NCBI GenBank assembly: GCA_024650005.2
Contig: CP122380.1
Span: 672,001 to 736,000, forward strand
DNA length: 64,000 nucleotides
Direction: 5' to 3'
Origin: Candidatus Bathyarchaeum tardum
Lineage (GTDB): Archaea > Thermoproteota > Bathyarchaeia > Bathyarchaeales > Bathyarchaeaceae
Position numbers and translations under genes: made by a program. Below the pieces are notes generated by a model, which saw only the letters and a program-made list of their open reading frames with translations, ran no database searches and was not told the DNA's origin. Shown piece after piece: positions 11,516-21,166 of this stretch. Numbering within the stretch: the first letter of the stretch is position 1; the number at the start of each line of letters is the position of its first letter.

Positions 11516-11698
11516 ATGGCAAAAATCCATAAAGATATCATCAAACTGATTTCAGAAAAACCAATGACCCTTGTTGAAATTGCAGAAACACTTGAAGTAA
11601 CCGAAAAGAAAACTTACAACGCTTTAAAGAAACTTTTCAGTGACGGAGAAATTGAATCTGACCCTAAAACTCGTACCTACTCTGTTACAAAAAAATAG
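11516..11698 (+). CDS. Small winged-helix protein
   Basis: 60 aa from ATG 11516 (the track starts at TTG 11477); PMTLVEIAETLEVTEKKTYNALKKL HTH pattern. Confidence 0.7.
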   Translation: MAKIHKDIIKLISEKPMTLVEIAETLEVTEKKTYNALKKLFSDGEIESDPKTRTYSVTKK

Positions 11699-11786
11699 AG
11701 AAAAAAGCTTTCTTTGTTCATTTTTTAACTCTAACTATCATTAGAACAAGGTTAATATGGAAACCGTTCTTAACTGATAGCCAGAG

Positions 11787-13139
11787 TTGAAGATTATGCC
11801 CCGAAAAATTGTAATTATTGGGGCCAATGCGGCAGGTGTTGATGCAGCTTCTGCTGCTAGGAAAACCGATAGATCCGCTGAAATCACTCTTGTCACCAAA
11901 GAGGACAAAGTGGCTTATTCACGGTGTGGTATTCCTTTTGTTTTGGGCGGGCAGATTGAGTCTTTTGATGATTTAGTTGTTTTTCCTGAAAGTTTCTTCA
12001 AAATGATGAAATTAAATCTTCTAACTCGAACCACAGTAAATAGTATTGATCCAAAAACAAAGACCGTAACCTTAACCAATGATGCTGGAAACAAAAGCTC
12101 CCTTTCATACGATAGTTTGATTATTGCCACTGGAGCAGACCCACGCGTGCCAAAGATGCATGGTTTAGAAAAGCAAGGGGTCTTTTTTGTTCGAACCATT
12201 GAAGATGGTCAAAGAATTGATAATGCACTTGAAACTGCAAAATCGATAGTTATTATTGGCAGTGGACTTGTTGGATTAGAAGTTGCTGTAGCTTGTCGCG
12301 AACGAGGTTTAAAAGTTACAATTGTTGAATTTTTGCCCTGTGTCTTACCATTTCTTCTTGACAATGACTTGGCTGACCGTGTTCAAAAAAATCTTGAAGA
12401 AAAGAGCGTAACTTTTGTTCTCGGCGAACCCGTTGAAGAAATCCTTGGTTCTACTAAAGTTACTGGAGTTCGTGTTGCACAAAATATTATCCCTGCAGAC
12501 GTTGTAGTGGTTGCCACTGGCGTTACTCCAAACGTTGAATTGGCAAAAAACGCTGGAGTAAAAGTTGGTAAAACAAAAGCAATAAAAACAAACTCTAAAA
12601 TGGAAACCAACATTCCCGACATTTATGCTGCTGGTGACTGTGTAGAATCTGTAAACCTTGTCACTGGCGAACCAATGTTAAGTCAACTTGGAACAACCGC
12701 TGTGAGGCAAGGAAAAGTTGCCGGAACTAACGCTGCTGGTGGGGTATCAGAATTCATGGGGACCTTGGGGTCTTGGATAACTCGACTGTTTGACATTGAA
12801 GTTGGTGGTGCTGGTCTTCCAGGGTTCATGGCTAAAAAATATGGTATTAAATCAGTTTCTGCAACTATTAATTCAAAAACCCGTGCAGATTATTATCCTG
12901 GAGCTTTGCCTATTCGAATTAAACTTGTTGCCGAAAAAGAAACTGGAAAACTACTTAGTGCTCAAATAATCGGCGGCGAAGAAGTAACCCAACGCATAAA
13001 TGCTCTGTCTTTTATGATTCAAAAAGAAATGACTGCTCAAGAACTTGCACAAGCTGAAACATGTTATGCTCCTCCTGTTTCAGAAACTTGGGAACCTATG
13101 GTTTTAGCTGCAGACTTGTTGCTAAAAAAGTTAAAGTAG
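11787..13139 (+). CDS. CoA-disulfide reductase / NADH oxidase family flavoprotein
   Basis: YSRCGIP single redox Cys, GSGLVGLE NAD site, IYAAGDC and CYAPP C-terminal motif. Confidence 0.88.
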   Translation: MKIMPRKIVIIGANAAGVDAASAARKTDRSAEITLVTKEDKVAYSRCGIPFVLGGQIESFDDLVVFPESFFKMMKLNLLTRTTVNSIDPKTKTVTLTNDAGNKSSLSYDSLIIATGADPRVPKMHGLEKQGVFFVRTIEDGQRIDNALETAKSIVIIGSGLVGLEVAVACRERGLKVTIVEFLPCVLPFLLDNDLADRVQKNLEEKSVTFVLGEPVEEILGSTKVTGVRVAQNIIPADVVVVATGVTPNVELAKNAGVKVGKTKAIKTNSKMETNIPDIYAAGDCVESVNLVTGEPMLSQLGTTAVRQGKVAGTNAAGGVSEFMGTLGSWITRLFDIEVGGAGLPGFMAKKYGIKSVSATINSKTRADYYPGALPIRIKLVAEKETGKLLSAQIIGGEEVTQRINALSFMIQKEMTAQELAQAETCYAPPVSETWEPMVLAADLLLKKLK

Positions 13140-13185
13140 ATTCTTTTCTGGTTACTTGTTTAGTTTTTAAACCGTCATTTTCTGG

Positions 13186-13288
13186 CTAAAAAGAAAGCTT
13201 TATTTGGTTAAGTTTTTCCCTAAAGAAATATTGCACTTTTTGTTTTTGTATTTCTTTGGGTGTTTCTAAAAAGAAAGCTTTATTTGGT
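13186..13288 (+). repeat. Perfect 23-bp direct repeat, 80 bp apart (duplicated promoter-like element)
   Basis: CTAAAAAGAAAGCTTTATTTGGT at 13186-13208 and 13266-13288, upstream of mvhG. Confidence 0.85.
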
Positions 13289-13329
13289 CGGGTCACTTTA
13301 TCCGAGTTTCTTGTAAACGGTGGTTCCTA

Positions 13330-14274
13330 ATGGCAAAGGAAAAACTAAAGATCGCTTTTTATTGGGCGGCTAGCTGTGGAGGCTGTGAAGTAGCTGTTCT
13401 AGACGTTAACGAAAAAATCTTAGACGTTGTTGCGGCAGCTGACATAGTTTTCTGGCCTGTAGCAATCGACACTAAATACAAAGATGTCGAAGCTATGCCT
13501 GACCAAAGCATTGATGCATGTTTCTTCAACGGAGCAATCAGAAACTCTGAAAATGAAAAGATGGCTAAACTCTTAAGACAAAAATCCAAAATACTTGTGG
13601 CTTTTGGCTCATGCGCAAACGACGGATGCGTGAAAAGTCTCGCAAACCTTTCGGATAAAGATGGTGTCTTTGAGCGTGCCTATCTTGAAACTCAATCAAC
13701 TGTAAACCCTGAATCAGTTACCCCTCAAACACGTTTCAAAGTAAATGAGGGTGAACTAGATCTTCCCGAAGTCTATGACACTGTGAAAACATTGCCCCAA
13801 ACAGTGGATGTTGACTACACCATATCTGGTTGTCCTCCGCCTGTTCCTTCAATATTGGTAATGTTTAACGCGTTCATTACTGGTGATTTACCCCCTAAAG
13901 GTTCAAGCTTTTTGCCCAACAAAGCTGTTTGTGATGAATGCCCGCGAGAAAAGAAACACAGCGAAATTACTGAATTCAAACGAATTTATGAAATTGAAGA
14001 CGACGGTGTAACCTGTTTCTTGGATCAAGGTGTAATCTGTATGGGTATGGCTACTCGTGCTGGTTGTGGTTGTCAATGTCCAAACGTAAACATACCTTGT
14101 ACCGGTTGTGGTGGTCCAGGTCCTCGTGTAGTTGACCAGGGTGCTGCAGCTATCAGTGCCCTTGCATCTCTTGCTAAGGACATCAATGTTGTGAAAGAGA
14201 TAGTTGACCCTGTTGGAACTTTCTACAAGTATTCATTAGCTAACTCAATTCTTAAGAGGAAAGTGCAAAAATGA
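13330..14274 (+). CDS. mvhG: [NiFe]-hydrogenase group 3c small subunit
   Basis: SCGGC, FGSCA and GCPP motifs plus a C-terminal Cys-rich cluster domain. Confidence 0.9.
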   Translation: MAKEKLKIAFYWAASCGGCEVAVLDVNEKILDVVAAADIVFWPVAIDTKYKDVEAMPDQSIDACFFNGAIRNSENEKMAKLLRQKSKILVAFGSCANDGCVKSLANLSDKDGVFERAYLETQSTVNPESVTPQTRFKVNEGELDLPEVYDTVKTLPQTVDVDYTISGCPPPVPSILVMFNAFITGDLPPKGSSFLPNKAVCDECPREKKHSEITEFKRIYEIEDDGVTCFLDQGVICMGMATRAGCGCQCPNVNIPCTGCGGPGPRVVDQGAAAISALASLAKDINVVKEIVDPVGTFYKYSLANSILKRKVQK

Positions 14275-15728
14275 GAGAAATAGTAATTGACCCAATCACA
14301 AGACTCGAAGGACACGGAAAAATTACAATTTTCCTTAACGACGACGGAAACGTAGAAAACGCATACTTCCAAGTTCCAGAACTTCGCGGTTTTGAAAAGT
14401 TCTGTGAAGGAAGACGCGCAGAAGACCTACCTATAATAACTACCCGAATTTGTGGAGTCTGTCCAGTTGCTCATCACATGGCAGGAGCAAAAGCATTAGA
14501 TGCAGCATTTAATGTGGAACCCACAGAAACTGCCAAAAAATTAAGAGAACTAGAATACTGTGGTTACTTCATTTACGACCACATACTTCACTTCTACTTC
14601 TTGGGTGGCCCAGACTTTGTTGTTGGTCCTGATGCTCCAGCTGCTAAACGTAACATTCTTGGAGTAATAGAGAAAGCAGGTCTAGAAGTTGCGGGTGAAG
14701 TCATAAAACACCGTGCGTTTGGACAAAGAATTACTGGAATCATTGGAGGTCGACCAACTCATCCTGTAAGTGCTGCAATGCCTGGGGGCATCGCAAAAGC
14801 AATAGACGAAGACGAACGCCAAGAAATCGAAGATATGCTAAAGAGTTGTCACGAATTTGCTAAATTTAGTTTGAAACTCTTTGATGATGTTGTTCTCAAA
14901 AACGCTGACTACGTCAACTTGATTACAAGCGACCCCTATAACCTTCCAACATATTACATGGGAACAGTTGACGAAAACAACAAAGTAAACTTTTATGACG
15001 GCAAAGTCCGAGTTGTTGACCCAGAAGGCAAAGAATTCGTAAAGTTTGGTCCTTCAGAATACTTGGATATTATTGAAGAACGAGTAGAGCCTTGGACATA
15101 CGTTAAAATGCCCTACCTCAAAAAAGTTGGATGGAACGGCTTCACCACAGGACCCGACAGCGGAATCTACCGTGTAGGTCCACTTGGTCGACTAAATGCT
15201 TCTGACGGAATGGCAACACCAGTTGCTCAAGCCGAATATGAACGAATGTACAAAACTCTTGGTGGAAAACCTGTTCACGCTACTTTGGCTTTCCATTGGG
15301 CGAGACTAATCGAATTGATGTATGCAACAGAACGTGGTCTAGAATTAATCAAAGATCCTGAAATAACCAGCAAAAACATACGAAACAAACCCGGAAAACC
15401 CGGAGAAGGTGTTGGAATCGTTGAAGCAGCCCGAGGAACATTAATTCATCATTACCAGCTTGATGAAAACGCTCTGGCAAAGAAAATCAACCTAGTAGTC
15501 GCAACAACTCACAATGCACCTGGAATCTGCATGTCAATAAAGAATGCAGCACAAGGAATCATCAAAAACGGCGAAGTCAACGATGGTTTACTGAACAAAG
15601 TGGAAATGGCTTTCCGAGCATACGATCCATGCTGGGCATGTGCAACTCACTTTGCGATTGGTGAAATGCCTTTACAAGTTAATGTTTTTGATAGCCAGAA
15701 AAAGCTAGTAAAGAAAATAACTCGGTAA
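14271..15728 (+). CDS. mvhA: [NiFe]-hydrogenase group 3c large subunit
   Basis: ITRLEGH, RICGVC (L1) and DPCWACATH (L2) with the C-terminal extension typical of MvhA. Confidence 0.92.
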   Translation: MREIVIDPITRLEGHGKITIFLNDDGNVENAYFQVPELRGFEKFCEGRRAEDLPIITTRICGVCPVAHHMAGAKALDAAFNVEPTETAKKLRELEYCGYFIYDHILHFYFLGGPDFVVGPDAPAAKRNILGVIEKAGLEVAGEVIKHRAFGQRITGIIGGRPTHPVSAAMPGGIAKAIDEDERQEIEDMLKSCHEFAKFSLKLFDDVVLKNADYVNLITSDPYNLPTYYMGTVDENNKVNFYDGKVRVVDPEGKEFVKFGPSEYLDIIEERVEPWTYVKMPYLKKVGWNGFTTGPDSGIYRVGPLGRLNASDGMATPVAQAEYERMYKTLGGKPVHATLAFHWARLIELMYATERGLELIKDPEITSKNIRNKPGKPGEGVGIVEAARGTLIHHYQLDENALAKKINLVVATTHNAPGICMSIKNAAQGIIKNGEVNDGLLNKVEMAFRAYDPCWACATHFAIGEMPLQVNVFDSQKKLVKKITR

Positions 15729-15740
15729 ACAAGTTGAATT

Positions 15741-15781
15741 TGACACCTGTCTGGTGTCATTTTTCTTTCTCTTTTTTGTTT
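15741..15781 (+). terminator. Hairpin plus T-tract after mvhA
   Basis: TGACACC-TGTCT-GGTGTCA followed by a T-rich run. Confidence 0.55.
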
Positions 15782-15897
15782 AATGTTTTGTGTAGTTTTT
15801 TGTTCTTGTTTTCGTTTTCTTGTTATTAACAAAAATGTAACAAGCTTAATATTTTGTAATTCGGTATATTTGTACCTCTAAACTTAGGTGATTAAAA

Positions 15898-16911
15898 ATG
15901 GTTAATGCAGCAATAAATGGTTTCGGAAGAATCGGACGGCTTTTGTATAGAGCTGCTCTTGAAACAAATGCTGACATCAATTTTGTGGCAGTCAACGATT
16001 TGACAGATGCGAAAACTCTTGCGCATCTACTCAAGAACGATACTGTTCATGGCAAATTTCCTTTTGACGTAGAAGTCAAAGGGTCATCCCTTATCGTTGA
16101 TGGAAAAGAGTTGAAGATTTTAGCAGAACCAGATCCTTCAAAATTACCTTGGAAAGAAATGGGTGTTTATGTTGCTGTTGAATCCACTGGAAGATTCAGA
16201 TCACGAGAAGCAGTTGCAAAGCACCTGGAAGCTGGTGCAGAAAAGGTTCTTGTTTCTGCCCCAATGAGTCCAGCAAAAAGTGCTGACTTAACTGTTGTTT
16301 ATGGCGTCAACGACAACTTGTATGACCCAAACAAACATAAAATAATGTCTTTGGCTTCATGCACTACTAACTGTTTAGCTCCTGTAGCTAAAGTTCTAAA
16401 TGATAATTTTGGCATCGAGAAAGGTCTTATGACTACTGTACATGCTGTAACTAACGACCAAAGACTTCTTGACATGCAACACAGCGACCTCCGAAGAGCA
16501 AGAGCAGCTGCTTTCAACATGATTCCCACTTCTACTGGTGCAGCTACAGCAGTTGGCTTGGTTCTTCCAGTTCTTGACGGAAAACTAAATGGCATGGCTC
16601 TTCGTGTTCCTATTCCTGATGTTTCAATAGTTGATTTGGTTGCAATCCTAAAGAAAGAAGCAACAAAAGACGAAATTAACGCTGCCCTCAAGAACGCAGT
16701 TGAAGGAAGCCTAAAAGGCGTATTAAGTTACACTGAAGAACCCCTTGTTTCATCCGATCTGATACATAATCCAAACTCAGCAATCATCGATGGAGACCTA
16801 ACCATGGTCATTGGAAACTTGGTTAAAGTTCTTGCTTGGTATGACAACGAATGGGGCTATTCCGTTAAAATGGTTCATATGATCGAAAAAATCTGCAAAA
16901 TGGCTGCCTAA
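15898..16911 (+). CDS. gap: Glyceraldehyde-3-phosphate dehydrogenase, class I (bacterial type)
   Basis: INGFGRIGR, ASCTTNCLAP and WYDNEWGYS motifs. Confidence 0.95.
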   Translation: MVNAAINGFGRIGRLLYRAALETNADINFVAVNDLTDAKTLAHLLKNDTVHGKFPFDVEVKGSSLIVDGKELKILAEPDPSKLPWKEMGVYVAVESTGRFRSREAVAKHLEAGAEKVLVSAPMSPAKSADLTVVYGVNDNLYDPNKHKIMSLASCTTNCLAPVAKVLNDNFGIEKGLMTTVHAVTNDQRLLDMQHSDLRRARAAAFNMIPTSTGAATAVGLVLPVLDGKLNGMALRVPIPDVSIVDLVAILKKEATKDEINAALKNAVEGSLKGVLSYTEEPLVSSDLIHNPNSAIIDGDLTMVIGNLVKVLAWYDNEWGYSVKMVHMIEKICKMAA

Positions 16912-16943
16912 ACTGAACTAATACTAATTGTTTTGGTGATTGT

Positions 16944-18170
16944 ATGGCAAAGTTCCTTACGTTAGATGATTTCGATTTACAGAACAAAACCGTTCTTTTA
17001 AGGGTAGACTTTAACTCTCCCCTTAATCCTAAAACAAAACAAATAATCAACGACAAACGAATTCGTGCCCACGCAAACACAACCATCAAAGAATTAATCC
17101 AAAACGGTGCAAAAACAGTAATCCTAGCCCATCAAGGCAGACCAGGAGATGCAGATTTCACTTCTCTTGACCAGCACGCAGAGCTTCTTGGCAACGCATT
17201 GAACATGTCTGTGGATTATGTGGATGATGTTTTAGGCGAATCTGCCCAGAACGCCATCAAATCATTGAAAAGCGGAGAAGTTTTAGTTTTAGGAAATGTT
17301 CGTGGCATTCCTTCTGAACTAAAAAAAGGAACACCTGAAGAACAATCCAAAACTGATATCGTGAAAACTTTAGCTCCGTTAGTAGACTTATTTGTCAATG
17401 ACGCTTTTGCCGCAGCTCACAGAGCTCAAGTCACAATAATTGGTTTCACACCTGTTTTGCCTAGCGCTGCTGGCAGAATAATGGAAAAAGAACTAAAAGC
17501 CTTAGGCAAAGTTCTGGGCAATCCCGAAAAGCCATCTGTATTCATGATTGGCGGCGCAAAAGGTGACGACTCATTGGACATAACCAGTTATGTACTAAAG
17601 AATAACATAGCAGACAATGTCTTAACTGGTGGAGTAATTTCTCACATTTTTTTGGTAGCTACTGGTGTAAACTTGGGTGAAAGCAACATAAAATTCCTTG
17701 AAAAGAAGGAACTTATGGGTCTAATTCCTGGTATTAAAGAAATTATGAAAAATTATCCTGGAGCTGTAGTTGTTCCTGTGGATGTAGCTACCGAAGTCAA
17801 CAAAAAGCGTCATGAAGTTGCTGTTAGTGAGCTTCCAATTGATTCTCCTTTGTTTGATATTGGGACTGAAACTGCCAAAAAGTTTGGAGAGATAATCCGT
17901 AACGCAAAAACAGTTGTTGTTAGTGGTCCAGTTGGTGTCTTTGAAAATCCAGAGTTTAGGAGAGGCTCTGAGATTGTTCTTCAAGCCGTAGCAGACTGTG
18001 AAGGATTCACTCTTATTGGTGGCGGTCACACTATTGCTGCTGTTGAAAAATTGGGTCTTGCAGACAAAATTTCTTATATCAGCACTGCAGGGGGTGCTTT
18101 GATCGAGTTTCTAATGGGAAATGAGTTGCCCGGAGTTGCTGCTTTAGAACAAGCAGCAAACCGAACCTAA
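16944..18170 (+). CDS. pgk: Phosphoglycerate kinase
   Basis: RVDFNSP, AHQGRPG, VNDAFAAAHR and STAGGA motifs. Confidence 0.95.
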   Translation: MAKFLTLDDFDLQNKTVLLRVDFNSPLNPKTKQIINDKRIRAHANTTIKELIQNGAKTVILAHQGRPGDADFTSLDQHAELLGNALNMSVDYVDDVLGESAQNAIKSLKSGEVLVLGNVRGIPSELKKGTPEEQSKTDIVKTLAPLVDLFVNDAFAAAHRAQVTIIGFTPVLPSAAGRIMEKELKALGKVLGNPEKPSVFMIGGAKGDDSLDITSYVLKNNIADNVLTGGVISHIFLVATGVNLGESNIKFLEKKELMGLIPGIKEIMKNYPGAVVVPVDVATEVNKKRHEVAVSELPIDSPLFDIGTETAKKFGEIIRNAKTVVVSGPVGVFENPEFRRGSEIVLQAVADCEGFTLIGGGHTIAAVEKLGLADKISYISTAGGALIEFLMGNELPGVAALEQAANRT

Positions 18171-18196
18171 TTTTTCCCTTTTTTATTTTTTTTTGA

Positions 18197-21037
18197 TTAC
18201 GGTACATTTACGACTCTAGTATTCCATTCGTTGAAATATTGTTCGTATTCTTCTTGAGTCAATGGATATTGCTCAGTAACTGGATATGGGAAACCGCTCA
18301 TGTCCCGGAAGGGTAATGGTTCTACTGTGAAATCAAAGCCATAACCCCAGTTTCCATAGTGGTCTTTGAACCAAGATGCCACATACAAGAAGTAACTTCT
18401 TTCCATGCCTTCTTCAAGTTCTGGAAGATCTGCCGTGGGGAACTTTAGGTAAATTGTGTCGCCTTGTAATCCAATAACATAAATGTCATCTGTTACGTTA
18501 AGGAGTGCAGTTACGTCGCCGTATTTTGTGAAGTTTCCTGAAGCATTTGTTGTTGTAATTGCAAAACCAATTGGTTCAAGTGTTGCCATTGGCAAAATTT
18601 CTGTAACTGTAATGTTTTTTTGTTTGCTTATGTCGATACCAACGTAATCGAAGGTGACGTTCCAGAAATTGGTTATTCTTATCTTGTATTCTGTTACGTC
18701 TTCTGCGAACAGCCCATTCAAGTCTACTGCAAAAGTTCGGGGAACGTAATCTCCTGGAATTGGCATTTGTCTATCTTGTGATACTCGCACCCAATTTCCT
18801 TGTGCATCCATTACTTCCATGTACGCTGGAGGGTTAATTTGGGTGCCATTTTCTACCAATCCTTGGGCGGCAGCTGTTTCAAATTGTGTTATCCAATCGT
18901 AGTATGGTTGTGCTGGTCCCCAATCTACCATTCCGTTGATTACTAACTTGATTTCTTCTGCGTCAGATAAATCCCCCAAGTCTAGTGTCAATTGGTTGTA
19001 TACTATGTTGTCCCATGATGGGCTTTCAACTCCGTTAGTTGCAGGCGTGAAATCATTGTCAATTTCAGCAATTATATCTAAGACGTCTTCTCCATCTTGG
19101 TTCACTGCTGAAACTGGCTTTAACAAGTTTTGCGGGTCGACTGTGTAAACTTCGTTGTATGCGCCTTTGTTAACGTAATTTACCATTGTTGAGTAAACAT
19201 CAGTATCGTTGGGATGGTCAACTACCACCATGTATGCGCTGTCTACATAGAATATTTCATCCCATTGTTGGAACAGGACAATGTCAAAGTATTCGTAACC
19301 TGTATCATTTTTTGTTGCTAACTGGGCTTTGTCAAGTTTAACATGATCCCATGGGTTGCCTCCACCAAATACGATATCACCTTCGTCAGTGATGTAGTCA
19401 ATGTATCCTAACCATCCTGCGTTTGAGACTTCTGTGATGTATGTGTAGTTGTTTCCGTTCCAAATGTAAAGTGAAGGACAGGAAGCATATCCGCTGATTA
19501 CGATATAGTTTGCTAATACCGACAGATGTCTGTCTAAAGTTATGGTTCTAGTTTCACTAGTTACATCATCGTTCCAATGAGAAAACTCTACTACACCATG
19601 TTGTAGTTCAACAATTTCGTCTGTACTGATTTCATAATCGCCTACTGGTAATAGTGCCGAATATGGGGACTGTAGTGTTTCTCCATCAAGGGTAAATATC
19701 ATTGGTGTGCTACCTCCACCTGACCTATTAATGGAAAGCGTATGGTAACCATTGGGGGCAACTTGGAAATACCCCGTTAACTTGTTTGTTTGGTTTCCAA
19801 CATTAACCAATTCAACTTTGTAACCTGTTGTTTTTCCTTCGGTTGTTTCACCCTCGGCTGTAACTGTAAATTCAATCGGTACATCAGTTTCACCTGCGTT
19901 CAGTGTGTAAGTCAGTATTGTTTGACTTTCTCCTGCAATCATAACTCTAACATGAAGTGTACTGGGTTCATTTACCAGATTATCAGCTTTAGCTTTGATG
20001 ATAACTGTGTCTCCAGTCCATACTTCGTATGGTGAAACCGTTAATCCGCGAATGTGTGTATTTTCTGATGCCTGAGTTAAACCTTCAACAGTGAATGAAC
20101 CCGACAAACCATTCACTTCGACATTATATGTTCCTGAGATTGTTTCTGAAACTCTAAAATGTAATATTTCAGATGCTTGACCTGGTAATGTAACGTCAAT
20201 GGAGTCCCTCAATGTTCCATCAATTTTTAGATTAACTGTATAATGTCCAGTGATTTCTCCAGTGTTAACTACCTTGGCAGAAATTTCAACAATTTCACCA
20301 TCTGTTACTAATGATGGGTTTACCCCCAAGTCTGTTACTTTGAACTCTGCAGGTTCTGCTGGTGGGGCGTCAGCACTAACAATAAAGGAAGTGGTTGTGT
20401 CCTGAACCTTTACTATGTATTCTCCTTCTGTGCTTTTGGAAAAAGCAAAGTATGTTGTTGTGGTTTCGCCGCCATTCAAAGTGATGAATTTAGTTTCTTG
20501 TTTTGTATCGTTCACAAAAAGTTCTAGGGAGAAATCTCCAGTTGTATCTCCAACATTGGTTGACATAACTGAAACTGTTATTTGCTCTCCAATTCCTGCT
20601 ACTTTTCTGCTAGTTACTATGTTAGTTACTTGTAGTTCTCCTTGTTTTGTTGGTTTTTCTGTAGTAACCTTTAGTGTTTCTGTCAAATCATCAATTGTAA
20701 CTGTGTATGTTCCTTCTGTTTGTTCAGTTCTGGTGAAAGAAACTTGAGTTGTTTCTCGTCCAGAAAGTTGCACATCTTTTGACTCCACTGCAACATCATC
20801 AATTATCAAAACAACTGAATAGTTGCCGCTAATGTCTCCAATGTTAGTTACTTCTGCTGTTATTTTTACAGAATCCCCGACTTGAATCCAGTTAGAATCA
20901 AGAATTAAATCTGTAACATGAAACTCTGCAGGGCTTGACACCTGAGAACTAACAAAAAAGTAACCAGGAATTACTACCGCCAGAAGAACTAAGTCTGCTA
21001 GCAAAAACACTTTCATTTTAGTTAATCGAAAACCCAA
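18197..21037 (-). CDS. Large surface protein: N-terminal anchor, about 4 CARDB/Ig-like repeats, uncharacterised C-terminal domain
   Basis: Repeated (V/I)xAxVxNxG...G.Y.V units; C-terminal ~430 aa running from SCPSLYIWNG to TVEPLPFRDMSGFPYP. Confidence 0.75.
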   Translation of the reverse strand: MGFRLTKMKVFLLADLVLLAVVIPGYFFVSSQVSSPAEFHVTDLILDSNWIQVGDSVKITAEVTNIGDISGNYSVVLIIDDVAVESKDVQLSGRETTQVSFTRTEQTEGTYTVTIDDLTETLKVTTEKPTKQGELQVTNIVTSRKVAGIGEQITVSVMSTNVGDTTGDFSLELFVNDTKQETKFITLNGGETTTTYFAFSKSTEGEYIVKVQDTTTSFIVSADAPPAEPAEFKVTDLGVNPSLVTDGEIVEISAKVVNTGEITGHYTVNLKIDGTLRDSIDVTLPGQASEILHFRVSETISGTYNVEVNGLSGSFTVEGLTQASENTHIRGLTVSPYEVWTGDTVIIKAKADNLVNEPSTLHVRVMIAGESQTILTYTLNAGETDVPIEFTVTAEGETTEGKTTGYKVELVNVGNQTNKLTGYFQVAPNGYHTLSINRSGGGSTPMIFTLDGETLQSPYSALLPVGDYEISTDEIVELQHGVVEFSHWNDDVTSETRTITLDRHLSVLANYIVISGYASCPSLYIWNGNNYTYITEVSNAGWLGYIDYITDEGDIVFGGGNPWDHVKLDKAQLATKNDTGYEYFDIVLFQQWDEIFYVDSAYMVVVDHPNDTDVYSTMVNYVNKGAYNEVYTVDPQNLLKPVSAVNQDGEDVLDIIAEIDNDFTPATNGVESPSWDNIVYNQLTLDLGDLSDAEEIKLVINGMVDWGPAQPYYDWITQFETAAAQGLVENGTQINPPAYMEVMDAQGNWVRVSQDRQMPIPGDYVPRTFAVDLNGLFAEDVTEYKIRITNFWNVTFDYVGIDISKQKNITVTEILPMATLEPIGFAITTTNASGNFTKYGDVTALLNVTDDIYVIGLQGDTIYLKFPTADLPELEEGMERSYFLYVASWFKDHYGNWGYGFDFTVEPLPFRDMSGFPYPVTEQYPLTQEEYEQYFNEWNTRVVNVP

Positions 21038-21166
21038 AATAATTCCACCAACCAGAACAGCAAATTGCCTTTTTATTTTGTGTATTAATTCACTGTTGCT
21101 GCTTAAAAGTTTGGTTCCATTCCGTAAAGGAGGACTATCTATTTTTGTATAATGATACTTTGTTTT

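Noticed and set aside
11516-11698. Z-alpha (Z-DNA binding) assignment for the small wHTH protein
   Set aside because: It lacks the N-xx-LY and P-x-W signature; kept as a generic wHTH.
15620-15650. Selenocysteine [NiFeSe] hydrogenase
   Set aside because: The L2 motif is DPCWAC with Cys codons; there is no in-frame TGA.
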